64,000 nucleotides of DNA. Source: an uncultured virus (IMG/VR IMGVR_UViG_3300024348_000021). Lineage: Duplodnaviria; Heunggongvirae; Uroviricota; Caudoviricetes. The notes beneath the pieces were generated by a model. The model was not told the origin of the DNA, made no database searches, and saw only the letters and a list, made by a program, of their open reading frames with translations. A program made the position numbers and the translations under genes. Positions 8,736-18,556 of this stretch are shown in pieces. The stretch is taken from IMG/VR virus record IMGVR_UViG_3300024348_000021. One strand, written 5' to 3'. Positions within the stretch are counted from its first letter, which is position 1. Each line of letters starts with the position of its first letter.

Positions 8736-11087
8736 ATGATATTAGAAAAACAAACAGAATCACACATCCTTGAAGAAGGAAGTACACAGGAAACTGTGAA
8801 AATGTCACTAGACTTAGATTCTGCACAAGTATTGATGCAGATGTTAAGTAAGAATCTATATTCAGATTCAATAGGCTCTACTATCAGAGAATGTGCATCC
8901 AATGCACTAGATAGTCACAGAAGAGCTGGATGTGACAAGCCTGTTATTGTTTCATTTAAAAGAAACAATCAGGCAAATACATATGAATTTGCTGTTGAAG
9001 ACTTTGGTATTGGCTTAGATGCAGATGATGTGCGTAACATTATCAGTAAGTATGGTAAGTCAACCAAGCGTAACAGTAATACAGAATTAGGTATGATGGG
9101 TCTTGGTTTCAAGGCTCCATTAGCATATAGCTCTAGCTTCTACTTTATATGTAGAAAAGATGGTATGGAACGTAAGTATATGATGTACGAAGGAGAGGAT
9201 ACAAACAGTATTGATCTTTTGTATGAAACACAAACTACAGAAGGTAATGGTGTAAAGGTTATTGTTCCAGTTGACTATTCTGATAGATATAATTTCCACA
9301 ATAAGATTAAGGAGCAATTGGCTTATTTTGAGAGTGTGTATTTTGATGTAGAACCAATGGGTAGCTACAATGTTCCTAATGATTTTACAATACATAGAGC
9401 TGCACATTTTCAATATTCTCAAATAGCTATGAACAGTGACATGCATTTATGTCTAGACAATGTTAGTTATCCAATTGACTGGGAGAAGCTTGGTATTGAT
9501 AGAATACGTATGAAGATGGCTTTGAGATTTAGTCTTAGTGATGGATTATTTCCTACACCAAATAGAGAGGCCATTAGATATACTAAAGAAGCTAAAGAAA
9601 CCATTCTAAAGAAGATAGTTACAGTGGCTAATGTGTTTATGGATAAGTTTAACGAGGCCATCACTACACAAAGTGATATCAAAGCTATTATGGAGTTCTA
9701 TGGTCAAAATAGTAAACATATCAAATGCTGGTACAAAGGTACAGATGAAGATATTTGTATAGATGATCTTGTAAAACATTCTACTGTAGCTGTAGCACAG
9801 CCTAAACTAGACAACATAAAGCTGTTAAACCTAGAAAGACTTGCTGTAAAGTCTAAAGAGTATGTACTTGCTGAGTATAAGTTTAAATATAGATTTAGCA
9901 ATGGTAAGTTTCAAAATAGTAAGAACTATCACTATGAGCATTTGAGAATTTCAGACTTTACAAGTTATAACTTTGGTGGTGTATATATTTATGATGATGT
10001 TCTTCCTAAAGGTAAGCAAGACTATTTAAGATCTATTTTGCCAGATAATAAAACTATATATTTTGTTAAGAAATCACCATTTAAGCTTAGAAGCAAGACT
10101 GGTCAGATTGATTATGCTAAGTATTATGATTCTATTTTAGAGCTTAGCAAATGTCCAAGAGTTCAATGGAGACAGCTTATTCAAGAGTTTCAATATGTAA
10201 TAGGACTATATCAGAAAGATTTTATAGATGCAGATGCTATTGATATACCACAATCATTCAAGGATGCTCAAAAGGCCAAGAGAATGAAGGTAACAATAGC
10301 AACAACAGCAGTGAAAGGTCCTAAGAAGGTTAGATTGAAAGGTGAATTCTCTGGTAAGGTGGGTACAAAAATGCAAATAGATCTATCTGATCAACATTGT
10401 AAGTTTGTTCCTACAACATATAAAATGGAAGACCTCCATAAATTGAAGAAGTTACATGTATATGCTAGAGAAGCTGATAAGAAGACAATGGACAATGCTT
10501 GGTCTTGTTTTAATAAACATGCAGTATTTGTTATTGTTGCCCAAGCTACATATGACAACTTACAGAAAGCAGATTTACATAACTGGATAACATTAGATAA
10601 ATTTATGGAAGGTAAAAATAGACCATTTAAAACAATAGCTACAGAATTCCTAATCAGGGATTTGATTGAAAAATATAGTGATTCATTTAAAAGAATTGAA
10701 ACAGTTAAAGCTATATCTACTGATTTAGCAGATAAGCTACAGATACTACACCAGTATCATAATAGTCAATATAGAAGTTATTGTGATGAGATCACTAGAA
10801 AAGCAATTATAGAACATGCTATAGCAAACAATTTATTTGACCAACCTACATATCTAGTATATCAGCAGGTTAATGAAGTGTTTGAGAAGCTACCTTTTTT
10901 AGATCATATGTTAGGAGTAATCTATTATGCAAAACAGAATAGTCCTTTGATCAAAGCTCTTACAGACTTATTTAAGTATCACAAACATAGAGTAAATCTA
11001 GAGCATTACAAGCTCATATTAACAGAAGATGCTCCTTTAGAGGAAGTATTAACACAAGACACAATTACAGAATTAGAAACAATTTAA
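8736..11087 (+). CDS. rIIA-like protein with N-terminal GHKL (Hsp90-like) ATPase
   Basis: LYSD...IRECASNALDSH, EDFGIGL, STKRNSN, GLGFKAP, PNREAIRYT. Confidence 0.8.
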   Translation: MILEKQTESHILEEGSTQETVKMSLDLDSAQVLMQMLSKNLYSDSIGSTIRECASNALDSHRRAGCDKPVIVSFKRNNQANTYEFAVEDFGIGLDADDVRNIISKYGKSTKRNSNTELGMMGLGFKAPLAYSSSFYFICRKDGMERKYMMYEGEDTNSIDLLYETQTTEGNGVKVIVPVDYSDRYNFHNKIKEQLAYFESVYFDVEPMGSYNVPNDFTIHRAAHFQYSQIAMNSDMHLCLDNVSYPIDWEKLGIDRIRMKMALRFSLSDGLFPTPNREAIRYTKEAKETILKKIVTVANVFMDKFNEAITTQSDIKAIMEFYGQNSKHIKCWYKGTDEDICIDDLVKHSTVAVAQPKLDNIKLLNLERLAVKSKEYVLAEYKFKYRFSNGKFQNSKNYHYEHLRISDFTSYNFGGVYIYDDVLPKGKQDYLRSILPDNKTIYFVKKSPFKLRSKTGQIDYAKYYDSILELSKCPRVQWRQLIQEFQYVIGLYQKDFIDADAIDIPQSFKDAQKAKRMKVTIATTAVKGPKKVRLKGEFSGKVGTKMQIDLSDQHCKFVPTTYKMEDLHKLKKLHVYAREADKKTMDNAWSCFNKHAVFVIVAQATYDNLQKADLHNWITLDKFMEGKNRPFKTIATEFLIRDLIEKYSDSFKRIETVKAISTDLADKLQILHQYHNSQYRSYCDEITRKAIIEHAIANNLFDQPTYLVYQQVNEVFEKLPFLDHMLGVIYYAKQNSPLIKALTDLFKYHKHRVNLEHYKLILTEDAPLEEVLTQDTITELETI

Positions 11088-11097
11088 AAAGAAAAAC

Positions 11098-12567
11098 ATG
11101 CTAAGTTTGAAATGGTTTAAAGGTGCTATTGAACGCACAATTGAAAAGGTAGTAGAAAACAAAATTGAGCAGGCTTTTAACCAGTTGGATAATGAGGAGG
11201 GGCAGACAGCCCCTTCTTATCATTCTTCAGGAAAGCCCTATCTAAACATTAAAATGGTTAATGACACATTAACTATTGTAATGAATGATGGTAATATCAT
11301 TACCAAATCTCCAGCAACATCAGTGGACTTTAATTCTGCTAGAGATTGTAAAACAGAAGCTTGTCTATTTGATCTTGTGAGTACACAGGAGATAAAAGAT
11401 GAGAGAAGAAAAGCTGAAGCTGCTTATGAGAAAGCTAAGGCTATTCAAAGAGGTGCTGAATTCTTAGCTACACTAAAGGAATTTGAGATGAAAAATGGTT
11501 CTCTTTATTTAAAGGGTATCAATAGAAGTCTACCTCCATTACTAGTGGAAGAGTTCTTAGAAGTGGTTGGTAAACATGGTAACACAGATAGCGATGAATT
11601 CAATGCTTTGCATAGATTCTTTATGTGGTGTTGCTTGAATCCAAGAGCTGAGGTTGCAAATGATCTATTCAACTTCTTGAAGAAGAATAGCTTCAGCATC
11701 ACTAAACAAGGCTTCTTTGTAGCTTTGAGAAATGTAGTTACATTGCATGGTTCTACAGAATTAGTACAGTTTGTATCTAATGCATATAATAAAGTGAAGG
11801 CTGTATGGAAGAAGAAGCCTGATGAGTATTTTGTATTCCTAGAGAATGGTGAATATAAAATGGTTCATGGAGAAGCTATGTATAAAAAAGAAACATGCAC
11901 ATGTTCTTATTGTGATGGTACAGGAACCATTCCTGAGTGTGATGAGTGGGAAGATAGTGAAGAGTGTTGTGAGTGTGATGGTACAGGTGAATATGAAGAT
12001 CTTGTTCTTGCAGTTAAAGGTGAAAATCTTGGTAACTTAACAGACTTATATCTTGATTTGCCTAATAGAGCAGAGAATAGATTTACAGATGCTCATACAA
12101 AAACATTTGACATCAGAATTGGTAGACCAGTGAATATGCCTATGGACGAATGCAATTGGTCAAGAGCAGATTGTGCACATGCAGGATTACACTTCACTAG
12201 TGATGAGATTCATTATGTAGGTTGTGGAGATACAAGCGTTCTTATACTTATCAACCCAATGAAGGTTGTAGGTATTGGTGAGTCAAAAGGTAGATGTTAT
12301 GAGTATTTACCAATTATGACTGTGCCACGTGAGGAAGCAACAGAAATATTACATGACCTTGACTTTGATACATTAGAGTTAGATGAGTCTTATGCTGTAC
12401 GTGAGTTGGATAACTTGGCTGAGAAGGCTAAAGAAGGATTCACAGCTGAGGCTATGAAATATGATTTCAATCTTCCTGCCCTATCTGCAGTAGAAGTTTA
12501 TACAATTGTTAAGAGTCTTGATGAAATAAAGCAAGAAATATCTAAAAGAATTGTAGAAATTGATTAA
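11098..12567 (+). CDS. rIIB-like protein with inserted CxxCxGxG zinc finger
   Basis: NP...DLFNFL, ITKQGFFVALR, CAHAGLH, LINP, KGRCYEY; directly follows rIIA. Confidence 0.75.
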   Translation: MLSLKWFKGAIERTIEKVVENKIEQAFNQLDNEEGQTAPSYHSSGKPYLNIKMVNDTLTIVMNDGNIITKSPATSVDFNSARDCKTEACLFDLVSTQEIKDERRKAEAAYEKAKAIQRGAEFLATLKEFEMKNGSLYLKGINRSLPPLLVEEFLEVVGKHGNTDSDEFNALHRFFMWCCLNPRAEVANDLFNFLKKNSFSITKQGFFVALRNVVTLHGSTELVQFVSNAYNKVKAVWKKKPDEYFVFLENGEYKMVHGEAMYKKETCTCSYCDGTGTIPECDEWEDSEECCECDGTGEYEDLVLAVKGENLGNLTDLYLDLPNRAENRFTDAHTKTFDIRIGRPVNMPMDECNWSRADCAHAGLHFTSDEIHYVGCGDTSVLILINPMKVVGIGESKGRCYEYLPIMTVPREEATEILHDLDFDTLELDESYAVRELDNLAEKAKEGFTAEAMKYDFNLPALSAVEVYTIVKSLDEIKQEISKRIVEID

Positions 12568-12597
12568 ATTTGTATTCCCAGGGGTAACACCCTGGGA
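12565..12597 (+). promoter_or_regulatory. Bacteroidota-type -7 element followed by a hairpin
   Basis: TAAATTTG (12565-12572), then TCCCAGGG-GTAACA-CCCTGGGA. Confidence 0.5.
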
Positions 12598-12610
12598 TTA
12601 TATTTAAACT

Positions 12611-13036
12611 ATGATAAAAAACACAACAAAGAGAATCTCTAAAACACCTAGAAAGGTAGTAAATAAACCAAGATGTGCTGGAACTATGACAGAATCAGCA
12701 TTCTGGAGTTTCATACGCAGTGCACTCAGACAGAAGTCTAGATTTTGGAAGCCTATTACAGAATGTAAGCTTAAAGCACGCAGACTGTACAAGGGTACAA
12801 ACAAGAGACAAAAGTATGAGTATCAATGCAATGCATGTAAACATTGGTATATAGAGAAGAAGATTAATGTTGACCACATCCATCCTGCAGGTAGTTTGAT
12901 GAGTTCAAAAGACCTACCAGGATTTGTAGAGAGACTATTCTGTGAGGTAGACAACTTACAAGTCTTATGTGAAAAATGCCACGACAAAAAAACAAAAGCA
13001 GATAAACATGAAAAGGACAATCTTAAAGCTTCATGA
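12611..13036 (+). CDS. HNH endonuclease
   Basis: CNAC...VDHIHP...NLQVLCEKCHDKKT. Confidence 0.85.
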   Translation: MIKNTTKRISKTPRKVVNKPRCAGTMTESAFWSFIRSALRQKSRFWKPITECKLKARRLYKGTNKRQKYEYQCNACKHWYIEKKINVDHIHPAGSLMSSKDLPGFVERLFCEVDNLQVLCEKCHDKKTKADKHEKDNLKAS

Positions 13037-13256
13037 CAAGAAGTACGCTGATCTAATTGATCACAATGTAAGAGAATGTATTCAAAAGAAAGAGAGTTAT
13101 GAAATTGAATACAAAGGTAAGGTGATGACTCTCACTCCAGAAGAACTCAAAACAAAATGTGTTGGCAGACAGTATATTGCTGTACCAAAGTTTGGTGATA
13201 GGCCATATCATTTGCTATCCTATCTTTGGGAACCCACTAAAACAACAGAGAAATGA
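13008..13256 (+). CDS. hypothetical protein
   Basis: Likely ATG start at 13008 (MKRTILK). Confidence 0.6.
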   Translation: MKRTILKLHDKKYADLIDHNVRECIQKKESYEIEYKGKVMTLTPEELKTKCVGRQYIAVPKFGDRPYHLLSYLWEPTKTTEK

Positions 13257-13534
13257 GTGACGAAAAACAAGTGACAGTAACCATTAACAGACAGCCATCA
13301 TTCACTGAAATATGGCATGAAGGATCTGTTGACTTTAATGGCAGAACTTTTATGTTCTGGCTTATTAATCCAAGAGGACTTGATGACCAAGGACGTGAGT
13401 ATGAAATGGAAGTTAGATGGTGGTTCAAACAGGTACCAATGGAGGTAAGAAAATTAAGTGAACAAATTATTAATGATTTTAAAGACGCAAAAGATGATAG
13501 TTCAAACAGTACACGAGATTCTAAATCCATTTGA
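13253..13534 (+). CDS. hypothetical protein
   Basis: 93-aa ORF with ATGA overlap. Confidence 0.6.
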   Translation: MSDEKQVTVTINRQPSFTEIWHEGSVDFNGRTFMFWLINPRGLDDQGREYEMEVRWWFKQVPMEVRKLSEQIINDFKDAKDDSSNSTRDSKSI

Positions 13535-13784
13535 TGTAGAAGTTAAACAATTAGGGTATGCTGTGGCATTATTTATGATTGTAGGCAGTATTCACTCTAA
13601 TCCTCAGTTTATTGTAAGATTTTACAACACAGGACAGCTCAGAACTGTTGATCAAAATGATCTTTCTGTATATGGTAATCCCACTGCAGGAGAAGATTTG
13701 ATTCCAGATCCTGATGTTGTAAGTAAGCTACCAGCAAACGCAAGAAGAAACACAGATTTTTTAAATAAACAAAAAGAAAAATGA
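13494..13784 (+). CDS. hypothetical protein
   Basis: Likely ATG start at 13494 (MIVQTVHEILNPFDV). Confidence 0.6.
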   Translation: MIVQTVHEILNPFDVEVKQLGYAVALFMIVGSIHSNPQFIVRFYNTGQLRTVDQNDLSVYGNPTAGEDLIPDPDVVSKLPANARRNTDFLNKQKEK

Positions 13785-14824
13785 TACAAGGAACAGTGAA
13801 AACAGAAGCTCAATATAGAGCAATCTATCTAGACAGTAGTTCTAGTTTGAAGGAATTCTCCACAGATAGGAGAAAGTACCATAAGAAATATATCCTTAAC
13901 GAAGTAGTTGAAGATGAAGACAGTAAAGCTGCTACAATGGGTAGAATGGTGGAAACATTATTGATGGAACCACATTTATTTGATGAAAGATTTTATCTAT
14001 CTACATGCATGAGTACACCAACTGGTCTTATGTTTGAATTTGTAGAAGCGTTGTATAAACACACTGTTGCAGCTACAGCTGATGATGGTACAATCACTAG
14101 AAACTTTGAAGACATTTGCAAGGATGCTTATACAGATTCAGGGTTCAAGATTAAACTTGATGCTGTATTGACTAAGTTTATAGGATCTGATGCTGAAGTA
14201 TATTACAAAGAGATTAGAGAAGTTAGACCTAAACATCTTACAGTGGTAGCTGCACAAGAGATTGCAAACGCTGAAAAGATAGTGGTAGAACTAAAGACTA
14301 ATCCTACCACAGCAGAGATTGTAAACTTAGTAAATGATGTACAGTATTCTGTACACAATCAGTTACAAGTAGAAGGTTATGATGTACTTGACCATAAGTT
14401 TAAGAGTATGATGGATAAGGTGATTGTAGATCATAAAGCAAAGACTGTTCAAGTGTATGACCTTAAATGTACTTGGTCTGTAGAAAACTTTTATAGTGAG
14501 TATTATTTATATAGAAGAGCTTATATCCAAGGTTATTTATATCATCAAGGTGCAGGATTCTGGGCAAGTGAAATGGGTTATGGAGACTATACTATTTTAT
14601 TTCCTAAATTCATTGTATGTGATAGCACAAACTATATGAATCCTTTGGTTTATGCAATGGGTCAAGATAGTATAAACAATGCTTTTGATGGTTTTGAATA
14701 CAAAGGAAGAGAATATCCAGGTGTTGCACAACTTATTGAAGACCTTAAGTGGGCTTTAGATAATGATGTGTGGAACATTTCAAGAGAGAATCATATTAAT
14801 AATGGGGTAGTAAAACTAGGATAA
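13781..14824 (+). CDS. PD-(D/E)XK exonuclease (RecE/DUF3799-like)
   Basis: SSSSLK, MGRMVETLL, KSMMDKV...VYDLKCT, YIQGYLY. Confidence 0.75.
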   Translation: MIQGTVKTEAQYRAIYLDSSSSLKEFSTDRRKYHKKYILNEVVEDEDSKAATMGRMVETLLMEPHLFDERFYLSTCMSTPTGLMFEFVEALYKHTVAATADDGTITRNFEDICKDAYTDSGFKIKLDAVLTKFIGSDAEVYYKEIREVRPKHLTVVAAQEIANAEKIVVELKTNPTTAEIVNLVNDVQYSVHNQLQVEGYDVLDHKFKSMMDKVIVDHKAKTVQVYDLKCTWSVENFYSEYYLYRRAYIQGYLYHQGAGFWASEMGYGDYTILFPKFIVCDSTNYMNPLVYAMGQDSINNAFDGFEYKGREYPGVAQLIEDLKWALDNDVWNISRENHINNGVVKLG

Positions 14825-14831
14825 AACACGT

Positions 14832-15383
14832 ATGGAGAGAAAGCACACAATCACTAGCATATTCATTGTCCCAACTCTTAGCATTGGCAAAGAGAAACTA
14901 TTGGACAATGGATTTGTAAATGGATATATAAAAGATGTAAAGAGAGATATACAGTATGAAAATGCTGTGTATCTTTTATTTAAGCCAGAAAACTTGGATA
15001 AGTTTAGAAACTTTTTAGATAATGAGTATGAACGTACCAAGTCAATCATAGATGACTATGATTATGAAGATGGCTATGTAGTGGTTGTCTACGAAATTAA
15101 TCCTAGACTTAAAGGAGATGTAGAATTAGTAAAACAAGGTAAATATTCTCAAACTTCACCTGCTTTCCAAGGAAGTTTCCCTAAAGTTGTACAAATTAAG
15201 AAAAATGGACTGCGTAGAGATGAGATATCTCTGCAGTACAGAGTCTTTAATAAGACAGAAGACCTTGTAAAATTTTGGGAAGATAAACTAGGTATAGAAC
15301 TTCCAAGCGATGTGGAAGTTTGGCATGGTTTCTTTGAAGAAAACGAAGTATTAGACCTTGATAAAATTAAAGAACATGTATAA
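14832..15383 (+). CDS. conserved hypothetical phage protein
   Basis: 183-aa ORF (GKYSQ motif) following the exonuclease. Confidence 0.65.
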   Translation: MERKHTITSIFIVPTLSIGKEKLLDNGFVNGYIKDVKRDIQYENAVYLLFKPENLDKFRNFLDNEYERTKSIIDDYDYEDGYVVVVYEINPRLKGDVELVKQGKYSQTSPAFQGSFPKVVQIKKNGLRRDEISLQYRVFNKTEDLVKFWEDKLGIELPSDVEVWHGFFEENEVLDLDKIKEHV

Positions 15384-15582
15384 CAGTGATATACTAGACC
15401 ATCTAATCAGTAAATATGGTATAGATGATGTAATTAAATTCTGTGATATGGAGAGTGAAAAGAATTCTCTCTTAGCACAGTCAGTTGACGAAGACAAGCA
15501 GCACCATCCAGAACCTAACGAATGGAAGTTTGAGAGGGATTGGTGGGCTGATAGTGGTAAACAATTAAAAAGTAGAATATGA
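15376..15582 (+). CDS. hypothetical protein
   Basis: Likely ATG start at 15376. Confidence 0.55.
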   Translation: MYNSDILDHLISKYGIDDVIKFCDMESEKNSLLAQSVDEDKQHHPEPNEWKFERDWWADSGKQLKSRI

Positions 15583-15959
15583 AAGCAGTAGAATTATTAG
15601 AGACCTATCCTAGAGCAGCTGAAGTTATCAACGAATTCTATCATACAAAAATGATAGAATCAATGGATACATCAGATGTATCACAGGAGTATAAAGATCT
15701 ATTAAAAGAACAAGAGTTTGATAATGAATATGTTGCAACATTTGTAGATGCAAATCCTAGAATGTTATTTGATGTATTTGATTCAAATAGTGTCTATATA
15801 GAAATACTAGTAGATCTTACTAAAGATGATGCATTATTTTCATATATTATAGATGGGGATGTTATGGGTAATGTAGAAGCAGTTCTATATAACAGTAGAA
15901 TAGAAGCTGAGAAAGTAGCAATTGAGAAAGCATTTCAACTTTTAAATGATAAGTTATGA
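15579..15959 (+). CDS. hypothetical protein
   Basis: 126-aa acidic ORF with coupled stop/start. Confidence 0.6.
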   Translation: MKAVELLETYPRAAEVINEFYHTKMIESMDTSDVSQEYKDLLKEQEFDNEYVATFVDANPRMLFDVFDSNSVYIEILVDLTKDDALFSYIIDGDVMGNVEAVLYNSRIEAEKVAIEKAFQLLNDKL

Positions 15960-16207
15960 GTGATCAAATAGTATTGGAGGTTATAGAGAAGTATGCTCAA
16001 CGTAGTGAAATAGGGATTGCCAAGTATGGCACCACTCTAGAGACTAACAATAAGGATAATTATCTTAAGCACTTACAGGAAGAATTGATGGATGCTACAC
16101 TCTATTTACAGAAGTTAATGACTTTAGACAAGGAAATAACTAAATTAGTTAGAGACCATTCAAATGATACTGAATTAGGAATGAAAATAAGAAATTTAGT
16201 TAGATAG
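15956..16207 (+). CDS. small all-alpha (MazG-like) phage protein
   Basis: GIAKYGTTL...HLQEELMDATLY contains an EExxD motif. Confidence 0.5.
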   Translation: MSDQIVLEVIEKYAQRSEIGIAKYGTTLETNNKDNYLKHLQEELMDATLYLQKLMTLDKEITKLVRDHSNDTELGMKIRNLVR

Positions 16208-16221
16208 AATTTTTAAATTCT

Positions 16222-16269
16222 CTTGGATTTCTGGAAGGGCTGCAGTAGATTTGCAGCCCTTCATTTTTT
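16222..16269 (+). promoter_or_regulatory. terminator hairpin overlapping a Bacteroidota-type promoter for nrdJ
   Basis: GAAGGGCTGCA/TGCAGCCCTTC stem with T tract; CTTG-N20-TAGATTTG (16246-16253). Confidence 0.6.
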
Positions 16270-16290
16270 AACTAAAAAACACAAATTAAC

Positions 16291-18147
16291 ATGGATTTAG
16301 GATTAGAAGCCTTGAGCAAGATTACCATTTTTAGCAAGTACGCAAAGTACATCCCTGAGCTAAAACGAAGAGAAACATGGGACGAGATAGTAGACAGATA
16401 TGAGAACATGATGATCAAGAAGTATCCTAATCTAGAGAAAGAAATCAAAGACAGTGCCACATTTATCAGAAAGAAGAAAGTCTTACCTTCTATGAGAGCT
16501 CTACAGTTTGCAGGACCTGCAGCTGAAGTTAACAACTCACGTATTTACAACTGTTGTTTCCTACCAATTGATAGCATTCATAGCTTTAGTGAGACTATGT
16601 TTCTATTATTAGGGGGCACAGGAGTAGGCTATTCTGTACAGAAACACCACGTAGACCAACTACCTACAATTATTAAGCATGAGCGTTTCAAACACAGAAA
16701 CTGGCTTATTGAAGATTCTATTATGGGATGGGCTGATGCTGTGAAGGTGTTAATGAAGTTTTACTTTGAGGGAGGTCTTAAGCCTAAGTTTGACTTTAGA
16801 GCTATTAGACACAAAGGAGCTAGATTAGTGACTGCAGGAGGTAAAGCACCTGGTCCAGAACCATTAAAGATCTGTTTAGCACACATTGATGCTATTATGG
16901 AGCGTAAAGAACATGGATCAAAGCTTACACCACTAGAGTCTCATGATATCCTATGTTTCATTGCTAACTCTGTATTAGCTGGTGGTATTAGAAGATCAGC
17001 AATGATTGCTCTATTCAGCCATGACGATGAGGAGATGATTACATGTAAGTATGGTAATTGGTGGGAACTGAACGAACAACGTGGTAGAGCCAATAACTCT
17101 GCAGTTCTTAAGAGAGGTGAGACATCACAAGAAGAGTTTGTAAGTTTATGGAAGCGTATTGAAGCATCAGGAAGTGGTGAACCAGGTATCTATTGGTCTA
17201 ATGACCTAGATTGGGGAACTAATCCTTGTTGTGAGATTGGATTACGTCCATATCAGTTCTGTAACTTATGTGAGGTGAATGTATCTGATATCACATGTCA
17301 AGAAGATCTTAATGATAGAGTGACAGCAGCTGCATTCTTTGGTACATTACAGGCAGGCTTTACAGACTTTCATTACCTACGTGACGTATGGAAGATGACA
17401 ACCTTTAGAGATGCTCTATTAGGCATTGGTATGACTGGTATTGCTTCTGGTGAAGTATTGAAATACAATCTAGAAGTGGCAGCAGCTGTGGCTAAGAAGA
17501 CAAACCAATTAATCACAGAGATTATTGGCACCAACGAAGCAGCTCGTATTACATGTATCAAGCCTTCAGGAACAACTAGTCTTGTATTAGGTACAGCAAG
17601 TGGTATCCATGCTTGGCATGCTCCTTATTACTTACGTACAATGAGATTTAATAAGAATGAAGACCTTGCACAATACTTGATGATCAATCATCCAGAGTTG
17701 TGTGAAGATGATGTATTACGTCCTACAGATACTTTGTGTGTACGTATCCCTGTTAAAGCCCCAGAAGACTCTATTCTACGTACAGAGACAGCAATTGATA
17801 CGCTAGAGCGTGTTAAGAGATTCTCTACAGAATGGGTTAAATCAGGACATATTGATGGTGCTAATACACACAACGTCTCAGCAACAATATCTGTCAAAGA
17901 AGGAGAATGGGAAACTGTAGGAGATTGGATGTGGACTGAACAGGAACATTATAATGGTCTTTCTGTTTTACCAGCATTTGACCATACTTATAAGCAAGCT
18001 CCTTTTGAAGACATTACAGAAGATGAATACAACGCACGCATTAACACATTGAAAGCCATAGACTTAAACAAGGTGATGGAGATTGATGACAATGTTGAGT
18101 TTAGTCAAGTGGCAGCTTGTGCTGGTGGTGCTTGTGAAATACAATAA
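16291..18147 (+). CDS. nrdJ: class II (adenosylcobalamin-dependent) ribonucleotide reductase
   Basis: RRETW, LPSMR, YNCC, GGIRRSA, TNPCCEI, CNLCEV, TCIKPSGT, C-terminal ACAGGACEI; no small-subunit gene nearby. Confidence 0.9.
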   Translation: MDLGLEALSKITIFSKYAKYIPELKRRETWDEIVDRYENMMIKKYPNLEKEIKDSATFIRKKKVLPSMRALQFAGPAAEVNNSRIYNCCFLPIDSIHSFSETMFLLLGGTGVGYSVQKHHVDQLPTIIKHERFKHRNWLIEDSIMGWADAVKVLMKFYFEGGLKPKFDFRAIRHKGARLVTAGGKAPGPEPLKICLAHIDAIMERKEHGSKLTPLESHDILCFIANSVLAGGIRRSAMIALFSHDDEEMITCKYGNWWELNEQRGRANNSAVLKRGETSQEEFVSLWKRIEASGSGEPGIYWSNDLDWGTNPCCEIGLRPYQFCNLCEVNVSDITCQEDLNDRVTAAAFFGTLQAGFTDFHYLRDVWKMTTFRDALLGIGMTGIASGEVLKYNLEVAAAVAKKTNQLITEIIGTNEAARITCIKPSGTTSLVLGTASGIHAWHAPYYLRTMRFNKNEDLAQYLMINHPELCEDDVLRPTDTLCVRIPVKAPEDSILRTETAIDTLERVKRFSTEWVKSGHIDGANTHNVSATISVKEGEWETVGDWMWTEQEHYNGLSVLPAFDHTYKQAPFEDITEDEYNARINTLKAIDLNKVMEIDDNVEFSQVAACAGGACEIQ

Positions 18148-18148
18148 T

Positions 18149-18227
18149 TGCAATCTTAGGAATGGCTACCTATCAGCAATGATTGTACGTGGTTAAAGCC
18201 TAATAATAAATCCAACCTAAAATTGCA
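18149..18227 (+). ncRNA. candidate structured RNA between nrdJ and the DUF5522-like gene
   Basis: Nested stems TGCAATcTTAGG/CCTAAaATTGCA, GGCT/AGCC, ACC/GGT, ATCA-GCAA-TGAT (GNRA loop). Confidence 0.35.
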
Positions 18228-18240
18228 TAATTAATCTATA

Positions 18241-18420
18241 ATGGAAAAAAAAGACTTTATAAAAGACATTGATTACTATCTGGAAGATGGTTTTGTAATC
18301 TTTACAGAAAGCTATCTCAAGGAAAAAGGAGAGTGCTGTGGTAACAACTGCAGACACTGTCCATATGAAAAACCTGCTATTAAAGGTAACCAAATGATAG
18401 CAGATGATAATAAAGGATAA
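18241..18420 (+). CDS. DUF5522-like Cys-rich protein (not in the ORF track)
   Basis: MEKKDFIKDIDYYLEDGFVIFTESYLKEKGECCGNNCRHCPY...; CCGxxCRHCPY signature. Confidence 0.8.
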   Translation: MEKKDFIKDIDYYLEDGFVIFTESYLKEKGECCGNNCRHCPYEKPAIKGNQMIADDNKG

Positions 18421-18485
18421 AATATTTTGCGTGTGTATGCATTTATATGCGTATGTTTGCATTTCTGTTTTTCGTTAATTGTGTC

Positions 18486-18522
18486 AGCCCCTGGGATTTC
18501 TATCTTGGGGGCTTTATTTTTT
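18486..18522 (+). terminator. Rho-independent terminator
   Basis: AGCCCCTGGGAT-TTCT-ATCTTGGGGGCT followed by T-rich tract. Confidence 0.7.
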
Positions 18523-18556
18523 AACGAAAAAGTATGGAAATATCAGAGAAAAATAG

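Noticed and set aside
12611..13036. HNH gene as a mobile homing element
   Set aside because: It is free-standing, does not interrupt a gene and resembles resident phage HNH nucleases; mobility cannot be supported from the sequence.
18162..18203. Mini-ORF MATYQQ*LYVVKA* or tmRNA-like tag; also loose likeness to c-di-GMP-I or pistol RNA motifs
   Set aside because: Interrupted by a stop, no tRNA-like ends, and the conserved cores of those RNA families are not matched; kept only as an unassigned structure.
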